Of a DNA stretch of 64,000 bases, positions 17,699 through 27,786 are shown piece by piece. A model generated the notes under the pieces. It worked only from the letters and a program-made list of their open reading frames with translations. It did no database searches and was not told the DNA's origin. The translations under genes were made by a program, and so were the position numbers. Source of the stretch: Deltaproteobacteria bacterium (GTDB lineage Bacteria > Myxococcota_A > UBA9160 > SMWR01); the NCBI GenBank assembly GCA_032128375.1, contig JAQBGU010000099.1, positions 17,079 to 81,078 on the forward strand. Direction: 5' to 3'. Numbering within the stretch: the stretch's first letter is position 1; the number at the start of each line of letters is the position of its first letter.

Positions 17699-19402
17699 TT
17701 GATCGTGCCTTCTGCGCCCGTTGAGCTCGCCAGACCCAACCGTTGGGATGAACCGTTTGGCGAGTTTCCGCTGACGGACCGCGAAGTCGATTGGATTCTG
17801 ACCCGCTCCCCGTTCGACCAGATCGATGCCAGCCTGTTTCCCGAATCGACGCCGCTGCGAGAGCTGCTGCGCAACGACACTCGCGTGATGCGGTATATCC
17901 CCGGCGACGTCGTGGTCCGCGAGGGTGACTACGGAACTTCGGTCTACTATGTGCTCTCGGGCAAGGTGCGAGTCGTCACCGGAAGCGGTGACGACTTCGC
18001 CTCCGAGATCCAGGGCAGCGCCCACCACGGCAAGAAGAGCCTGTTCGCGGCGATCTCTCAATTGTGGACGAATTCCCGTTTCGCCGAAGCGCGCGACTAC
18101 GCGGGGAGTTCTGTCGATCCGCAAGGCCACAGCGAGGGCCTGTTCCTGCCGGACGTGCCCGCGATTGTCGAAAAGTACGCCACCGCAAGCATCGGAGAAT
18201 CCGAGTTTTTTGGCGAGTCAGCGGCACTCGGGCGCACGCCTCGAGGCAACCACATGTTTGCCGAGAGTCAGACTGAATTACTCGAAATTCGCTGGCAGGG
18301 CCTTCGCGACATCATGCGGCGGGCCCCTGTTTTGCAAAATGTGATCGAAACGGCCTACAAGGAAAACGCGCTGGCGAACCAACTCAAGGAGACGCCGATC
18401 TTCGCGCACTTGAGCAATCAAGATCAGCAGGCAATCGCCGATGCGACATCCTTCGCGAGTTATGGGCGCCGCGATTGGACCGCGGCTTTTCAGCGCGCCG
18501 CCCAGAAGACGACGAGCGAACAACTACGCAATGAGCCGATCATCGCCGAAGAAGGCCACTACCCCAACCATCTCATCCTGATCCGGAGCGGCTTTGCACG
18601 GGTCAGCCACGTGTTCGGCAACGGCCACCGGACGATTCGCTACCTGGGCCGTGGGGAAACCTTCGGTTTCGAAGAACTCTTCGAAAACTGGCGAAGCTCG
18701 GAGCCCGTTCCATTCCGGAACTCACTTCGCGCCATCGGCTACGTCGATGTGCTGCAGATACCGACAAACGTCGTAGAACGAATCGTGCTACCCACCCTGC
18801 CCTCCCACCTGCTCCCCGAGACCGAGTCCCAATCCAGGGAGGCGTCCGAAGCGATCTTCAGCGGAATCCGAACGGATCATATCGAGCAACTGGTGGAGAG
18901 TCGGACCATCAACGGCAGCGCAACGATGGTCATCGACCTCGAACGCTGCACCGGTTGTGACGATTGCGTCCGGGCTTGCAGCTCGACACACGATGGTAAC
19001 CCCCGCTTCATCCGGCACGGACTGAAGATCGGGAAGTTCATGATCGCCAACGCGTGCATGCATTGCATCGACCCGGTCTGCATGATCGGTTGTCCGACCG
19101 GTGCGATTCACCGGGTCTCGCTCGAAGGCCAGGTAGCGATCAACGACCGAACCTGCATCGGGTGTCAGACCTGCGCGAACAACTGCCCATACAACAACAT
19201 ACGAATGGTCGAGATCCGCGATCACCGGGGTGCGCCGCTGCTCGACCGGGAAACGCTCTTACCGATCATCAAGGCCACGAAGTGCGACCTTTGCGTGGAC
19301 CAGCGAATCGGCCCGGCGTGTCAGAACGCGTGTCCCCATGACGCACTCAAGCGTGTCGACATGGCCGAGATCGGGCCATTGCAGGAGCTACTGGAGCGTT
19401 GA
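17699..19402 (+). CDS. cyclic-nucleotide-binding (two domains) / DmsB-NrfC-type 4x[4Fe-4S] fusion protein
   Basis: VVVREGDYGTSVYYVLSGKVRV...FFGESAALGRTPR; second domain IIAEEG...LGRGETFG; CTGCDDCVRAC, CMHCIDPVCMIGCP, CIGCQTCANNCP, KCDLC...ACQNACP. Confidence 0.88.
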   Translation: MIVPSAPVELARPNRWDEPFGEFPLTDREVDWILTRSPFDQIDASLFPESTPLRELLRNDTRVMRYIPGDVVVREGDYGTSVYYVLSGKVRVVTGSGDDFASEIQGSAHHGKKSLFAAISQLWTNSRFAEARDYAGSSVDPQGHSEGLFLPDVPAIVEKYATASIGESEFFGESAALGRTPRGNHMFAESQTELLEIRWQGLRDIMRRAPVLQNVIETAYKENALANQLKETPIFAHLSNQDQQAIADATSFASYGRRDWTAAFQRAAQKTTSEQLRNEPIIAEEGHYPNHLILIRSGFARVSHVFGNGHRTIRYLGRGETFGFEELFENWRSSEPVPFRNSLRAIGYVDVLQIPTNVVERIVLPTLPSHLLPETESQSREASEAIFSGIRTDHIEQLVESRTINGSATMVIDLERCTGCDDCVRACSSTHDGNPRFIRHGLKIGKFMIANACMHCIDPVCMIGCPTGAIHRVSLEGQVAINDRTCIGCQTCANNCPYNNIRMVEIRDHRGAPLLDRETLLPIIKATKCDLCVDQRIGPACQNACPHDALKRVDMAEIGPLQELLER

Positions 19403-20223
19403 ATCATTTCGCTCGCCGCCGGCGGAAAAATTCCGCGATCGTCGCGGCCGCCACGCTGGCCGCGTGGGGAATCATCGAGCTACTCGACGCGTCGCTGCGG
19501 TCGAGCCGATTCTTCACGGGCGGGTTGTTGCTATTTCTGGTGGTAGCGCTCGGCCTGTTCAATGTGCGCAAGAAAATCCCGTTTCTGCCGCTTGGCAATG
19601 CGACCGCGTGGATGGAATTTCATGCCTACGCGGGGATTTTTTCCGTACTGATCTTCTTTTCACACATCGGGTTCGATTCGCTTCAGGGTGTGTTGAACTG
19701 GGTACTCGCCTTACTGTTCCTTTCCGTCGCCGTCAGCGGGATCATGGGTCTGTTCTTGACTCGCTTGTTGCCGGGTCGGTTGAACGCACGCGGAGAGGCG
19801 ATCCTGTTCGAGAGAATTCCAGCCATTCGCGTCGGCTTAAACGACGAAGTCGAACAGCTCGTTGTGCAGATCGCAAGGGATGTGAACACCGAGACCATCG
19901 CGGAGTTCTATTCCGCACGTCTCGCGGATTTTTTCCGCAAGCCGCGCAATTTCTTCTACCACCTGATCGATTCATCCACTCGCTTTCACAAGCTCGAGCA
20001 CGAATTATTCTCGCTCGACCGATATTTGAATGACGAAGAGCGCAAGGTCCTCGATCAGATCCACCAGATCATGATCGAAAAAGAGGACCTGGACTACCGT
20101 TGGGCACAGGGCTTGGCTCTGAAGGGTTGGCTCTTCGTCCACGTCCCGTTGACCTACGGCCTGATGGTGATTGTCACAGCGCATGTACTACTCGTGCTGG
20201 GCTTCAATGGGAGAATGGGATGA
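19399..20223 (+). CDS. integral membrane protein with intramembrane His residues (possible heme b carrier)
   Basis: Several TM helices; WMEFHAYAG, FSHIG, WLFVHVPL, TAHVL; overlaps both neighbours by 4 bp. Confidence 0.7.
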   Translation: MNHFARRRRKNSAIVAAATLAAWGIIELLDASLRSSRFFTGGLLLFLVVALGLFNVRKKIPFLPLGNATAWMEFHAYAGIFSVLIFFSHIGFDSLQGVLNWVLALLFLSVAVSGIMGLFLTRLLPGRLNARGEAILFERIPAIRVGLNDEVEQLVVQIARDVNTETIAEFYSARLADFFRKPRNFFYHLIDSSTRFHKLEHELFSLDRYLNDEERKVLDQIHQIMIEKEDLDYRWAQGLALKGWLFVHVPLTYGLMVIVTAHVLLVLGFNGRMG

Positions 20224-22502
20224 GCCGCGAGCTCCAACCCCGCGGTTTTCAGCAGAGTCCGTACGAGCGGCCGGGGCAGAACTGGGTCTGCGGCTGGACG
20301 GCGGCGGGTGGTGCGTGTCCGCGCGGACCCTCACCGGATGGCCATTGCGATGTCACCCACGAGTGTACGCCGGTGCTCGACAAGCAGCGCTGGCGTTGTA
20401 CGCGGCCGCCAGCGCACGGAGGCGCTTGTGACACCGGTCCGCTGCCGAGCGGCGAGTGCTGCCGGGCAGTGACACGCTGCCAGCCGGAGCGCACATTGCG
20501 CGCAAAGCGCGGCCGGCTGACACGCTGGGTAACATCGGCCGCCCTGGCGGCACTGGTTCTGGGCGTAGCCGGTCCGATGGGCTCCAGCATCTTGTCTCCC
20601 GGTCCCGTCACCTACCAGCACGCTCCTTACGAGTCCGAGTGCGATACCTGCCACGGCGCGGCAGTGGGTGGACCGGCCGAGTGGTTCAGCGCCGGGCTGG
20701 GCGGCCCGGCCGCGCCTTCCGATGGCGCCAGTCCGGAAGAACCGTCTGTAACTTCCGACAGCGCGCGCTGTCAGAAGTGCCACCAATTCGGCCGAGCGCC
20801 CCACGGCGTCGACCCCGCGAGTCTCGCGGTCCTCACCCAGGCTGCTGCCGCCAAGTCGACGTCCAGCGGCGGAGCCGTGTTGACACTCGCCGGGTTTGGC
20901 CCGGGTCCAGCGACGAACGAAGCCGGCGAGCTGGCATGCGCCACTTGCCACCAGGAGCACACTGGGCGCGATGCCGTATTGACCCACCTGACCAACAGCC
21001 AATGCCAGGTCTGCCATAGCAACAAATTTTCCGATTTCGGTGACGGACACCCGACGTTCAGCGGCTATCCCTACGCCCGCCGCACACGGATTCGATTCAA
21101 CCACGCCACGCACCAGACGGACCACTTTCCGCAGGAAGGGAGCGATTTCACCTGCCGCGGCTGCCACAGTCCGGACCGCCGTGGCCAGGTCATGCTGCTG
21201 GAAGGGTTCGATGCAAACTGCGCGTCCTGTCACGAAAAGGACGTTGAGGTCGCCGAAGGGATCGCGTTCATCCGACTTCCGGGCATCAATACCGAGGAAC
21301 TCTCCGAATTCGGCGTCCAGATTGGCCAGTGGCCCACCTACGCGGATATCGACTTGACGGATTCGTTCAGTCCGTATTTGCGGATCATGCTGGCGGCGGA
21401 CCCGGCAAGCGCCAGGTCATTCGAAACGCTTCCCGGCGGCATCGATGAACTGATCCTCGCAGAACTCGGTACGGACGCAGACGAAGCGGCTGCGGTCGGT
21501 CAGCTTGCATGGGCGATCAAGGAGCTGCTGTACCAGCTTTCGACGGAAAAGCAGCCCGCTCTCAAGGAGCATCTCGACAGTGGGCTTCGACGCACGATGT
21601 CGGAAAACGAACTCGCGAAGCTATCGGGCAACTTCGACTTCGACCTGGTTTCTGACGCGGTGAAGGCCTGGTTCCCGAACCTCGAGAGCGAGATCGACGC
21701 GCAACGCCGTCATCTGGGGCGGGACGGCACCGAAGGTTTCGACCTTCACTCTCATCAGACCCAGCTGGTCGATTCAGAAGGCTCCGAAGCAGCGGAACCG
21801 ATCTGGGGTTGGACTGTCGATTTCGATGGATTCGCGATCCGCTATCGGCCGCGAGGCCACCAGGACCCGCTGATGCAAAGCTGGCTCGAGGCGGTCGTTC
21901 ATCCGGATCAGCACACGAACGAAAACGCGATGAAGTTTGCATTCGAAGCGCTGTCGGCGACAGAAGCCGATGGAAAGTGTGCAAAATGCCACAGCATCGA
22001 TATCACGGAGAGCACCCGGGTCGTCAATTGGCGCCAAAAACACCGAGACTTGACAGAACGCGGTTTCACTGAATACATGCATGGCCCGCATCTGATCCAG
22101 CCAGAACTATCCGACTGCACAGCGTGTCACTCGTTGGGCGGAGAAGCGATGCCCATCGAAGCGGTCGCAACTTCCGAGACACCGTCTTCGAACGATGAAT
22201 CCGAAGCCAACCCCGAAACAAACACGCAAGCAACGCCCGCCAAAACCCGGCGAGACAGCGCGAAAGCCTACCAAACCGGATTCGCTGATGGGAATCACGA
22301 TCCGCAGGTTTTCGAAAGCAACTTTGTGCCGATCGATCACGCGACCTGCGCTTCGTGTCATCAGTCGACGGCTGCCAGTGACAGTTGCCTGAACTGTCAC
22401 ACCTACCATGTGGACCCCGCCCGACTGCTCGGGGTCCACGCAAGCACGGTCGTAGCCCCGGATACGGCAACCGACACGACGACGAGCAAGGCAGTCGACT
22501 AG
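20220..22502 (+). CDS. membrane-anchored decaheme cytochrome c with N-terminal Cys-rich domain
   Basis: Ten CxxCH motifs (CDTCH, CQKCH, CATCH, CQVCH, CRGCH, CASCH, CAKCH, CTACH, CASCH, CLNCH) after a TM helix; start ATG 20220 overlaps the upstream stop. Confidence 0.88.
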   Translation: MSRELQPRGFQQSPYERPGQNWVCGWTAAGGACPRGPSPDGHCDVTHECTPVLDKQRWRCTRPPAHGGACDTGPLPSGECCRAVTRCQPERTLRAKRGRLTRWVTSAALAALVLGVAGPMGSSILSPGPVTYQHAPYESECDTCHGAAVGGPAEWFSAGLGGPAAPSDGASPEEPSVTSDSARCQKCHQFGRAPHGVDPASLAVLTQAAAAKSTSSGGAVLTLAGFGPGPATNEAGELACATCHQEHTGRDAVLTHLTNSQCQVCHSNKFSDFGDGHPTFSGYPYARRTRIRFNHATHQTDHFPQEGSDFTCRGCHSPDRRGQVMLLEGFDANCASCHEKDVEVAEGIAFIRLPGINTEELSEFGVQIGQWPTYADIDLTDSFSPYLRIMLAADPASARSFETLPGGIDELILAELGTDADEAAAVGQLAWAIKELLYQLSTEKQPALKEHLDSGLRRTMSENELAKLSGNFDFDLVSDAVKAWFPNLESEIDAQRRHLGRDGTEGFDLHSHQTQLVDSEGSEAAEPIWGWTVDFDGFAIRYRPRGHQDPLMQSWLEAVVHPDQHTNENAMKFAFEALSATEADGKCAKCHSIDITESTRVVNWRQKHRDLTERGFTEYMHGPHLIQPELSDCTACHSLGGEAMPIEAVATSETPSSNDESEANPETNTQATPAKTRRDSAKAYQTGFADGNHDPQVFESNFVPIDHATCASCHQSTAASDSCLNCHTYHVDPARLLGVHASTVVAPDTATDTTTSKAVD

Positions 22503-22826
22503 CTCTCATTCGCCACACCGCGGCGAATGTTTCCGGGTGGCCCGCCCTGCCCCATACTGGGTCTGACAGCCGCTTCGAATTTCGCCGCACGCAAAGACGG
22601 GACGCGGGCTTTCTCTGCATCACGATGGTGTCGCAATCCTCAGCATCAGTGAGGGTTTTTTACCCCTTCATTTTGAATAACCATTACCGAGTAACGGGTG
22701 ACGACCCCATAAGAAACTACCGCCCGAACTCCCTATTCCCTTGGCGTTTTATTCGATCCGCCGATAGAGTCTTCATTCCCTCGAACGATCAGGTCAACCC
22801 GATACTTCCATTACAGGTAATCGACT

Positions 22827-24761
22827 ATGTCAAAGCCGACCATCTCAAGAGTCCGTCAGAAGCCTGCAGGGACCGGAGCACTCGCACAGATGTTAGCCGT
22901 CGCTGTCCTCGCGTTGCTCTCACTCACCAGTTCCGCCATGGCACAGGACGCCTTGGCGAATCCGAACGCGGCGCACGAGAAAGTGTACCTAGGGTCCCCC
23001 GACGGTTATCCATCGGCGACCGAGTGCGGCGAGTGTCACCCGACGCAATATCGACAGTGGTCGGTTTCCCAGCATGCCTACGCTCAGTTGAGTCCCGTCT
23101 TCAACACCATGCAGGGTGCCATCTCGGTTCTCACCAACGGCACACTCGGCGATTTCTGCGAGCGGTGTCACAACCAGGTCGGCATGAACCTCGGGGAGCC
23201 GACGTTCGACAGCAATATCGACCGTCACCCGACGTCGCGAGAGGGCATCAGCTGCGTGGTATGCCATCGCGTAACGCAGGCATACAGCAAGATTTCGGGA
23301 CGCCTGTTCCTCGAAGAGTCTCCGATCACTGGGACGATCTACGGTCCTGTCGGCGACAACACCGAATTGGATGCGGCGATCAAAGCGGGGGGTCTCGTCA
23401 CCGACCCGGATCGTTCGGGCCGCAAGGTTCACGCGAAAAGCGATCAATTCTTCCAGCTCAACACAGGAGGCTTCTGTGGGATCTGCCACGATGTGGTCGA
23501 ACTCAATGGCTTCCGGCTCGAGGACGCGTTCAGCGAGTGGAAGAACTCACCTGCGGCCAAGGCCGGAATTTCCTGCCAGGACTGTCACATGGGTGTCGAA
23601 CCCGGAAAAATCGTCGTCGATCGCGATGATCCCGAATTCGATCGAAAGAACTACGCGTTCGGCCCGGCGGCCAGTGTGGGTGGGCGCGATACGGCGGCCC
23701 GCAAGCTGACCAATCACCGATTCGTCGGCCCTGACTACAGCGTCGTCCACCCGGCGCTGTTTCCGTTGGCGCTCGGCGCGATCAAGGAAGAATCCCAGAA
23801 GAACGACCCGACCGCGCAGGGCCTGGCGACGATTCGCGAGTGGTTGACGTTCGATTGGAAGGCCGGTTGGGGTACCGACGAATTCGAAGAGACCGAGCCC
23901 GACGAATCGCAGTTCCCGGAAAGATGGGAAGCGGTCGACGACCGCTACGACGCGCGAGCCATCATCGATGGCAACCTGGCATTGCTGGCGGAAATGCGCG
24001 GCGAACAGTTGAAGCTGTTGCGCAACGGCTACGTGCTCGGTGAGATCAAGACGATCTCGACGACTGAGGCAGCTTGGGCCCGGCCTGGGTTCCTGTTCAT
24101 GCCCGGCATCGCAAAGACCGTGGGTAGCTGGTTCGGCGCGGGTAAGCGGGACATCAATTTCTCAGTCGAAGTCAAGAGCGGACAGCCGGGACACAATGTT
24201 CCGACCGGCTTCGACGGCGAAAGAGTCGTATGGCTGCACACCCGGGTCATCGATGCGAACGGCAAGCAAGTATTCGTCTCTGGCGACCTCGATCCCAACG
24301 GCGACATCCGCGACCTCCACTCGCTGTACGTCCACAATGCTGAATTGCCGCTCGACACGCAGTTGTTCAACCTGCAGGGCAAGTTCATCACGACGATGGT
24401 GCGAGGCCCCGAGCGAGAGGCGGTCATTGCCGTTCCGCGCTCACCGACCGCATCTCGCTTCTTGGGTCCGGAGTTCCGTTCCAGCGCGCTGCTCGGGCGC
24501 CACTTCGGCGCGCGCAAGCACCGACTCGGAATCGAGCCCTACGGCCACCGCTTTGCCAAGTACAGCATCAAGGCGAGCCAACTTTCGGGAGCGGCGCCCT
24601 ATACAGCCATCATCCAACTCAAGGCTGCAATGATCCCACCGAACCTCGTAGCGGAAGTCGGATTCCTCGGATTCGATTATGGACTGAGCCCTCGGGAAAT
24701 CGCCGAGCGCGTCGTTGCCGGACACCAGATCGTCTGGGAACGTGAATTCAAGCTGCAGTGA
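22827..24761 (+). CDS. secreted pentaheme cytochrome c (c554/c13-like N-terminal domain)
   Basis: Signal peptide (SSAMA|QD); CGECH, CERCH, CVVCH, CGICH, CQDCH; GHNVPTG motif in the C-terminal beta domain. Confidence 0.85.
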   Translation: MSKPTISRVRQKPAGTGALAQMLAVAVLALLSLTSSAMAQDALANPNAAHEKVYLGSPDGYPSATECGECHPTQYRQWSVSQHAYAQLSPVFNTMQGAISVLTNGTLGDFCERCHNQVGMNLGEPTFDSNIDRHPTSREGISCVVCHRVTQAYSKISGRLFLEESPITGTIYGPVGDNTELDAAIKAGGLVTDPDRSGRKVHAKSDQFFQLNTGGFCGICHDVVELNGFRLEDAFSEWKNSPAAKAGISCQDCHMGVEPGKIVVDRDDPEFDRKNYAFGPAASVGGRDTAARKLTNHRFVGPDYSVVHPALFPLALGAIKEESQKNDPTAQGLATIREWLTFDWKAGWGTDEFEETEPDESQFPERWEAVDDRYDARAIIDGNLALLAEMRGEQLKLLRNGYVLGEIKTISTTEAAWARPGFLFMPGIAKTVGSWFGAGKRDINFSVEVKSGQPGHNVPTGFDGERVVWLHTRVIDANGKQVFVSGDLDPNGDIRDLHSLYVHNAELPLDTQLFNLQGKFITTMVRGPEREAVIAVPRSPTASRFLGPEFRSSALLGRHFGARKHRLGIEPYGHRFAKYSIKASQLSGAAPYTAIIQLKAAMIPPNLVAEVGFLGFDYGLSPREIAERVVAGHQIVWEREFKLQ

Positions 24762-26392
24762 TCCGGATGACCAACATGCTGCATTTCAAAATCTGGCATC
24801 AACCCAACGCCTCCCAGGACACAGGAAGCCTCGATATGCAAGGCGCACAAGCGTTCAGGTTCGGTTCAGTGACTCGAAGCATGCTCGTCACGTTCGTCAT
24901 CGTGGCGATCGGTTTCGGCGACGCGGGGGCCGCGTTCGCGGCAGCGGAATCGGAAGAAGAACACCACACCCCGTGGCCGTTGAGTTGGATGGGTTTCGAT
25001 TACCACAGCAGTCGCATGACTGACGTGGCCGTTCCGGAGATCGATTCCTCGTTCATCCCGGCGCGTCCCCGCCGACTCGAACTCGGCAACGCCTTCGTTG
25101 GAACAGGGCCGATTTCGAAAGGCTGGGAACTTCCGACGGGAGCCATCTGGACCCCGTCACTACTGTTTTTCGGCAGCTATCGCACCGCGTTGCAGCGCTT
25201 CGCACCACTCGATGAAGAAGACGACCTCAGCGAGTGGGCCAACCGGTTGGACATTTTCGGCAACCTGATCCTATCGGGTACCGAAAGGATCACCGCCCGG
25301 CTGCGACCTTTCGATGAGGGCTTCACCGGTCCCGCGCCGCAGAGCGGTCGATTTACCGGCTACTACTTCAATCCGGGGGGCGACGGGAAAAAGGAATTCA
25401 ACGCCGACCTGATCAACCTGTTCTTTGAGGGTGACATCGGTGAAATGTTCCCGAATCTCGACCCCGAAGACATACTCCCGCTCGACATCTCTTTCACGGT
25501 CGGTCGACAGGCACTGTTCTACCAGGAAGGTCTGCTGATCTTCGACACGATGGATGCGGTGGGCGTCACCAAGAACAGCATCCGGTTGCCCGGCATGTCG
25601 AATCTGCAGATCGCATTCCTGTACGCATGGAACGAGATCAACCGCGGCGACAACTTCGAGCGCCGGATCAATGAGAACGGTACTCAGGGCGAGGGTTACC
25701 GAAACCTGGATCTGTTCGGGTTGTTCTTCGCCGTCGACTCGCCCTGGAGCACCATCAATCTCGATTTCGTCTACGTCAAGGACAATAGTGACGACCAGGA
25801 CGGGATGTATGGCGGAATCAGCTTCGTTCAGCGAGTGGGACACCTGTCGACCGCGATCCGCATGCTTGGATCGGTCGCAATCGACGAGCCCGCACCGCGC
25901 ATCGGAATGAATAACATGGGCCCGACCTCTGCGGTCGACACCGGGATGGTCATATTCGGCGAGCTTGGCTGGACCCCACCCCACTCGGCAAACTACGTGT
26001 ACTTGAACCAGTGGATTGGAATCAACGACTACACGCCGGCTGCGCGAACCCCGGGGACCGGAGGCCCAATGGGTCGAGCAGGACTGTTGACCGCAGGACA
26101 GGGCCTGGGCCGTTACGCGGCTCCGATCTCCAACTTCGCACAGGATGTCTACGCCGGCGTATTCGGTTACCAGATGATTCTCGACGGTTTGGCTGCCCGA
26201 CGGCAGCTGGTCTTCGAAATCGGTTGGCGCCAGGACCTCAACAATGCGAACACGCGAGCCGGCGCGACGTTGCTGCGCTTCCAGCAGGCGTTCGGCCAGC
26301 ACACGCTGATGCAGCTCGACCTGTTCGGCCGAGTGCAGCAGAAGGAGTCTGCGGGCTGGGGCGGTCGAATGGAGTGGCGCTACGCATTCTGA
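24758..26392 (+). CDS. putative outer-membrane beta-barrel (porin) associated with cytochromes; start uncertain
   Basis: Signal-like hydrophobic stretch, amphipathic aromatic/Gly-rich strands, C-terminal ...GWGGRMEWRYAF beta-signal; no CxxCH. Confidence 0.7.
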   Translation: MIRMTNMLHFKIWHQPNASQDTGSLDMQGAQAFRFGSVTRSMLVTFVIVAIGFGDAGAAFAAAESEEEHHTPWPLSWMGFDYHSSRMTDVAVPEIDSSFIPARPRRLELGNAFVGTGPISKGWELPTGAIWTPSLLFFGSYRTALQRFAPLDEEDDLSEWANRLDIFGNLILSGTERITARLRPFDEGFTGPAPQSGRFTGYYFNPGGDGKKEFNADLINLFFEGDIGEMFPNLDPEDILPLDISFTVGRQALFYQEGLLIFDTMDAVGVTKNSIRLPGMSNLQIAFLYAWNEINRGDNFERRINENGTQGEGYRNLDLFGLFFAVDSPWSTINLDFVYVKDNSDDQDGMYGGISFVQRVGHLSTAIRMLGSVAIDEPAPRIGMNNMGPTSAVDTGMVIFGELGWTPPHSANYVYLNQWIGINDYTPAARTPGTGGPMGRAGLLTAGQGLGRYAAPISNFAQDVYAGVFGYQMILDGLAARRQLVFEIGWRQDLNNANTRAGATLLRFQQAFGQHTLMQLDLFGRVQQKESAGWGGRMEWRYAF

Positions 26393-26618
26393 TTCGCTGC
26401 CGTCGGGGAAGCGACAGGTTGACGCCATACAGCTTGGCTCTCTCTAGAGAGCACGGGATCAGAAAGAGCACCGAATTCTGAACATCGTTGTCGCTTGTCT
26501 GCGTAGAATCGCGCCTCGGACCGTGAATCAACCCCCCGCCCCGCCCGTCTGAAGTCCGGCGGCCGGGTGACGGGTTCAAAATCCCCAATCGCGTTCAAAA
26601 CTTCGGGAGGAGTCGTAA

Positions 26619-27695
26619 ATGCAGCGAACGGAATCGAGTATCACTTGGGGGCTGTTGCTAGCCGCCATCGCCGCTCTCGCAATCACCAGCGACGCCTTGG
26701 CGGGGGGAAACCCGTACCGAACACCCGCGCAAGAGAAGGCCGACGCAGCCAACGTCATCGGCCCGGACAAAGTCGAGAATAACTGCCAGAGCTGCCATGC
26801 AGCCGAGTACGACGCTTGGCTCCACAGTCGCCACTTCGCGACGATCAAGGATCGCCACCGCTCACCCCGCGCCAAAGAAGTTCTCGACAACATGGGACAA
26901 AAGAGCATGAAGCGCGCCGGAGACTGCCGGCAATGCCACTACACCTCGGTTTTGCGCAACGACGACCTCACCGCGCAATGGGGCGTCTCGTGCGAGTCTT
27001 GTCATGGCGTCGCGGCCGCCTGGAACCCGATCCACAACAAATCGGGCGGCACCACGATCGAGTGGGGCACTGGCAAAAGCGGCGATGCGGCCGCCCGCGC
27101 AGCACGACTGAAGCCGGCAGTCGCGAAGGGCATGATCCATTCCGACATGACGTACGAAATCGCCACGAACTGTTTCGGCTGCCATACCGTCCCCAACGAG
27201 CCTCTCGTCAACAAGGGTGACCACAAGGCGGGCAGCGACGAATTCGAACTCGCGTCCTGGTCGCAGGGCGAGGTGCGTCACAGCTTCGTCACCTCCCCCG
27301 GCGCACCCGACAACCCGACCAACCGGGTGGGTACGGCAAACCAGCTGCGGCGCCTGTTTGTTGTCGGCAAACTTGTCGACTTGGAATACACGCTGCGGAA
27401 CATCTCCGTCGCCCAGGAGAAGGGCGGCAAGTTCCACTCCGCGATGATCGCTCGCGCCAACAAAGTCCGTGGGCAGCTCGCGGCGATCCTGAAGGCTGTG
27501 CCGATTCCCGAGATTGCGGGAGCCGTCAATGCGGTTCCGGCAAGCATTACAGATGCGACCCCGATCAGTGAGAGCCTTGCTGCCAATCTGGGAGCGGCGG
27601 CGAAGAAATTCGCCGAGACCAACGATGGCTCGAAGCTGGCTGCACTCGACAGCATGATCCCAAGCACGCCCAAAGGAACCCCCTTCAAGGGATAG
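26619..27695 (+). CDS. secreted tetraheme cytochrome c (c554-like)
   Basis: Signal peptide (SDALA|GG); CQSCH, CRQCH, GVSCESCHG, CFGCH; RBS GGGAGGAG. Confidence 0.88.
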   Translation: MQRTESSITWGLLLAAIAALAITSDALAGGNPYRTPAQEKADAANVIGPDKVENNCQSCHAAEYDAWLHSRHFATIKDRHRSPRAKEVLDNMGQKSMKRAGDCRQCHYTSVLRNDDLTAQWGVSCESCHGVAAAWNPIHNKSGGTTIEWGTGKSGDAAARAARLKPAVAKGMIHSDMTYEIATNCFGCHTVPNEPLVNKGDHKAGSDEFELASWSQGEVRHSFVTSPGAPDNPTNRVGTANQLRRLFVVGKLVDLEYTLRNISVAQEKGGKFHSAMIARANKVRGQLAAILKAVPIPEIAGAVNAVPASITDATPISESLAANLGAAAKKFAETNDGSKLAALDSMIPSTPKGTPFKG

Positions 27696-27786
27696 GGATC
27701 GGGGCAGAAAACGAATTCTGAGCGGCGAATCCGTTCGCCGAATCCTCGCGGCCCATCCGGGTTCGCTATGGTCGGAATCGGCGCAG

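Noticed and set aside
22741..22756. Sigma54 promoter upstream of the pentaheme gene
   Set aside because: TGGC is present but the -12 position reads GA instead of GC.
20220..26392. Calling the cytochromes/porin mtrA/mtrB, nrfA or hao
   Set aside because: Heme spacing, protein sizes, TM anchor and lack of a CxxCK motif do not fit; no gene symbol assigned.
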